A stretch of 64,000 bases of DNA from Eledone cirrhosa. Taxonomy: Eukaryota. Shown here in pieces: positions 62,362 through 64,000 of the stretch. The stretch spans positions 19,344,001-19,408,000 of the forward strand of contig OZ024755.1 of the NCBI GenBank assembly GCA_964016885.1, in the 5' to 3' direction. Position 1 is the first letter of the stretch. Each line of letters opens with the position of its first letter. The notes under the pieces were generated by a model. The model did no database searches and was not told the DNA's origin. It saw only the letters and a program-made list of their open reading frames with translations. The translations under genes were made by a program, and so were the position numbers.

Positions 62362-64000
62362 CAATCATTGTCATCATTGCTATAGTCATCATTGTCATTG
62401 CTATAGTCATCATTGTCATTGCTATAGTCATCATTGTCATTGCTATAGTCATCATTGTCATTGCTATAGTCATCATTGTCATTGCTATAGTCATCATCAT
62501 TGCTATAGTCATCATTGTCATTGCTATAGTCATCATCATTGCTATAGTCATCATTGTCATTGCTATAGTCATCATTGTCATTGCTATAGTCATCATTGTC
62601 ATTGCTATAGTCATCATTGTCATTGCTATAGTCATCATTGTCATTGCTATAGTCATCATTGTCATTGCTATAGTCATCATTGTCATTGCTATAGTCATCA
62701 TTGTCATTGCTATAGTCATCATTGTCATTGCTATAGTCATCATTGTCATTGCTATAGTCATCATTGTCATTGCTATAGTCATCATTGTCATTGCTATAGT
62801 CATCATCATTGCTATAGTCATCATTGTCATTGCTATAGTCATCATCATTGCTATAGTCATCATTGTCATTGCTATAGTCATCATTGTCATTGCTATAGTC
62901 ATCATTGTCATTGCTATAGTCATCATTGTCATTGCTATAGTCATCATCATTGCTATAGTCATCATTGTCATTGCTATAGTCATCATCATTGCTATAGTCA
63001 TCATTGTCATTGCTATAGTCATCATTGTCATTGCTATAGTCATCATTGTCATTGCTATAGTCATCATTGTCATTGCTATAGTCATCATCATTGCTATAGT
63101 CATCATTGTCATTGCTATAGTCATCATCATTGCTATAGTCATCATTGTCATTGCTATAGTCATCATTGTCATTGCTATAGTCATCATTGTCATTGCTATA
63201 GTCATCATTGTCATTGCTATAGTCATCATCATTGCTATAGTCATCATTGTCATTGCTATAGTCATCATCATTGCTATAGTCATCATTGTCATTGCTATAG
63301 TCATCATTGTCATTGCTATAGTCATCATTGTCATTGCTATAGTCATCATTGTCATTGCTATAGTCATCATTGTCATTGCTATAGTCATCATTGTCATTGC
63401 TATAGTCATCATTGTCATTGCTATAGTCATCATTGTCATTGCTATAGTCATCATCATTGCTATAGTCATCATTGTCATTGCTATAGTCATCATTGTCATT
63501 GCTATAGTCATCATTGTCATTGCTATAGTCATCATTGTCATTGCTATAGTCATCATTGTCATTGCTATAGTCATCATTGTCATTGCTATAGTCATCATTG
63601 TCATTGCTATAGTCATCATCATTGCTATAGTCATCATTGTCATTGCTATAGTCATCATTGTCATTGCTATAGTCATCATTGTCATTGCTATAGTCATCAT
63701 TGTCATTGCTATAGTCATCATTGTCATTGCTATAGTCATCATTGTCATTGCTATAGTCATCATCATTGCTATAGTCATCATTGTCATTGCTATAGTCATC
63801 ATTGTCATTGCTATAGTCATCATTGTCATTGCTATAGTCATCATTGTCATTGCTATAGTCATCATTGTCATTGCTATAGTCATCATCATTGCTATAGTCA
63901 TCATCATTGCTATAGTCATCATTGTCATTGCTATAGTCATCATTGTCATTGCTATAGTCATCATTGTCATTGCTATAGTCATCATTGTCATTGCTATAGT
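62362..64000. repeat. 21/18-bp minisatellite GCTATAGTCATCATT(GT)CATT
   Basis: Direct inspection; runs off the window. Confidence 0.97.

Noticed and set aside
62336-63991. 551-aa MTMMTIA ORF
   Set aside because: 21/18-bp minisatellite translation.

Overview
Eukaryotic, AT-rich, repeat-dense DNA; the repeat content (tRNA-derived SINEs, CR1/RTE LINE fragments, abundant micro- and minisatellites) suggests a cephalopod, probably Octopus (inference). One gene spans most of the window on the minus strand: a dipeptidyl peptidase IV family (S9B; DPP4/FAP/DPP6/DPP10) gene. I traced 23 coding exons by hand from 48315 down to position 1 (2280 nt, 759 full codons). All have GT-AG borders and consistent phases, and the catalytic Ser/Asp/His is intact. 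The transmembrane exon(s) were not found in the window and the stop codon lies beyond position 1. The introns hold about 30 co-oriented SINEs, a TTAA-flanked piggyBac-type MITE family, hAT and Tc1/mariner remnants and many tandem arrays. The most notable non-coding signal is a set of fold-back elements sitting in (TA)n tracts. They carry type I hammerhead-ribozyme-like cores and a shared, covarying 3' hairpin, consistent with Penelope-like or retrozyme remnants. Almost all long ORFs in the supplied track are repeat artefacts.
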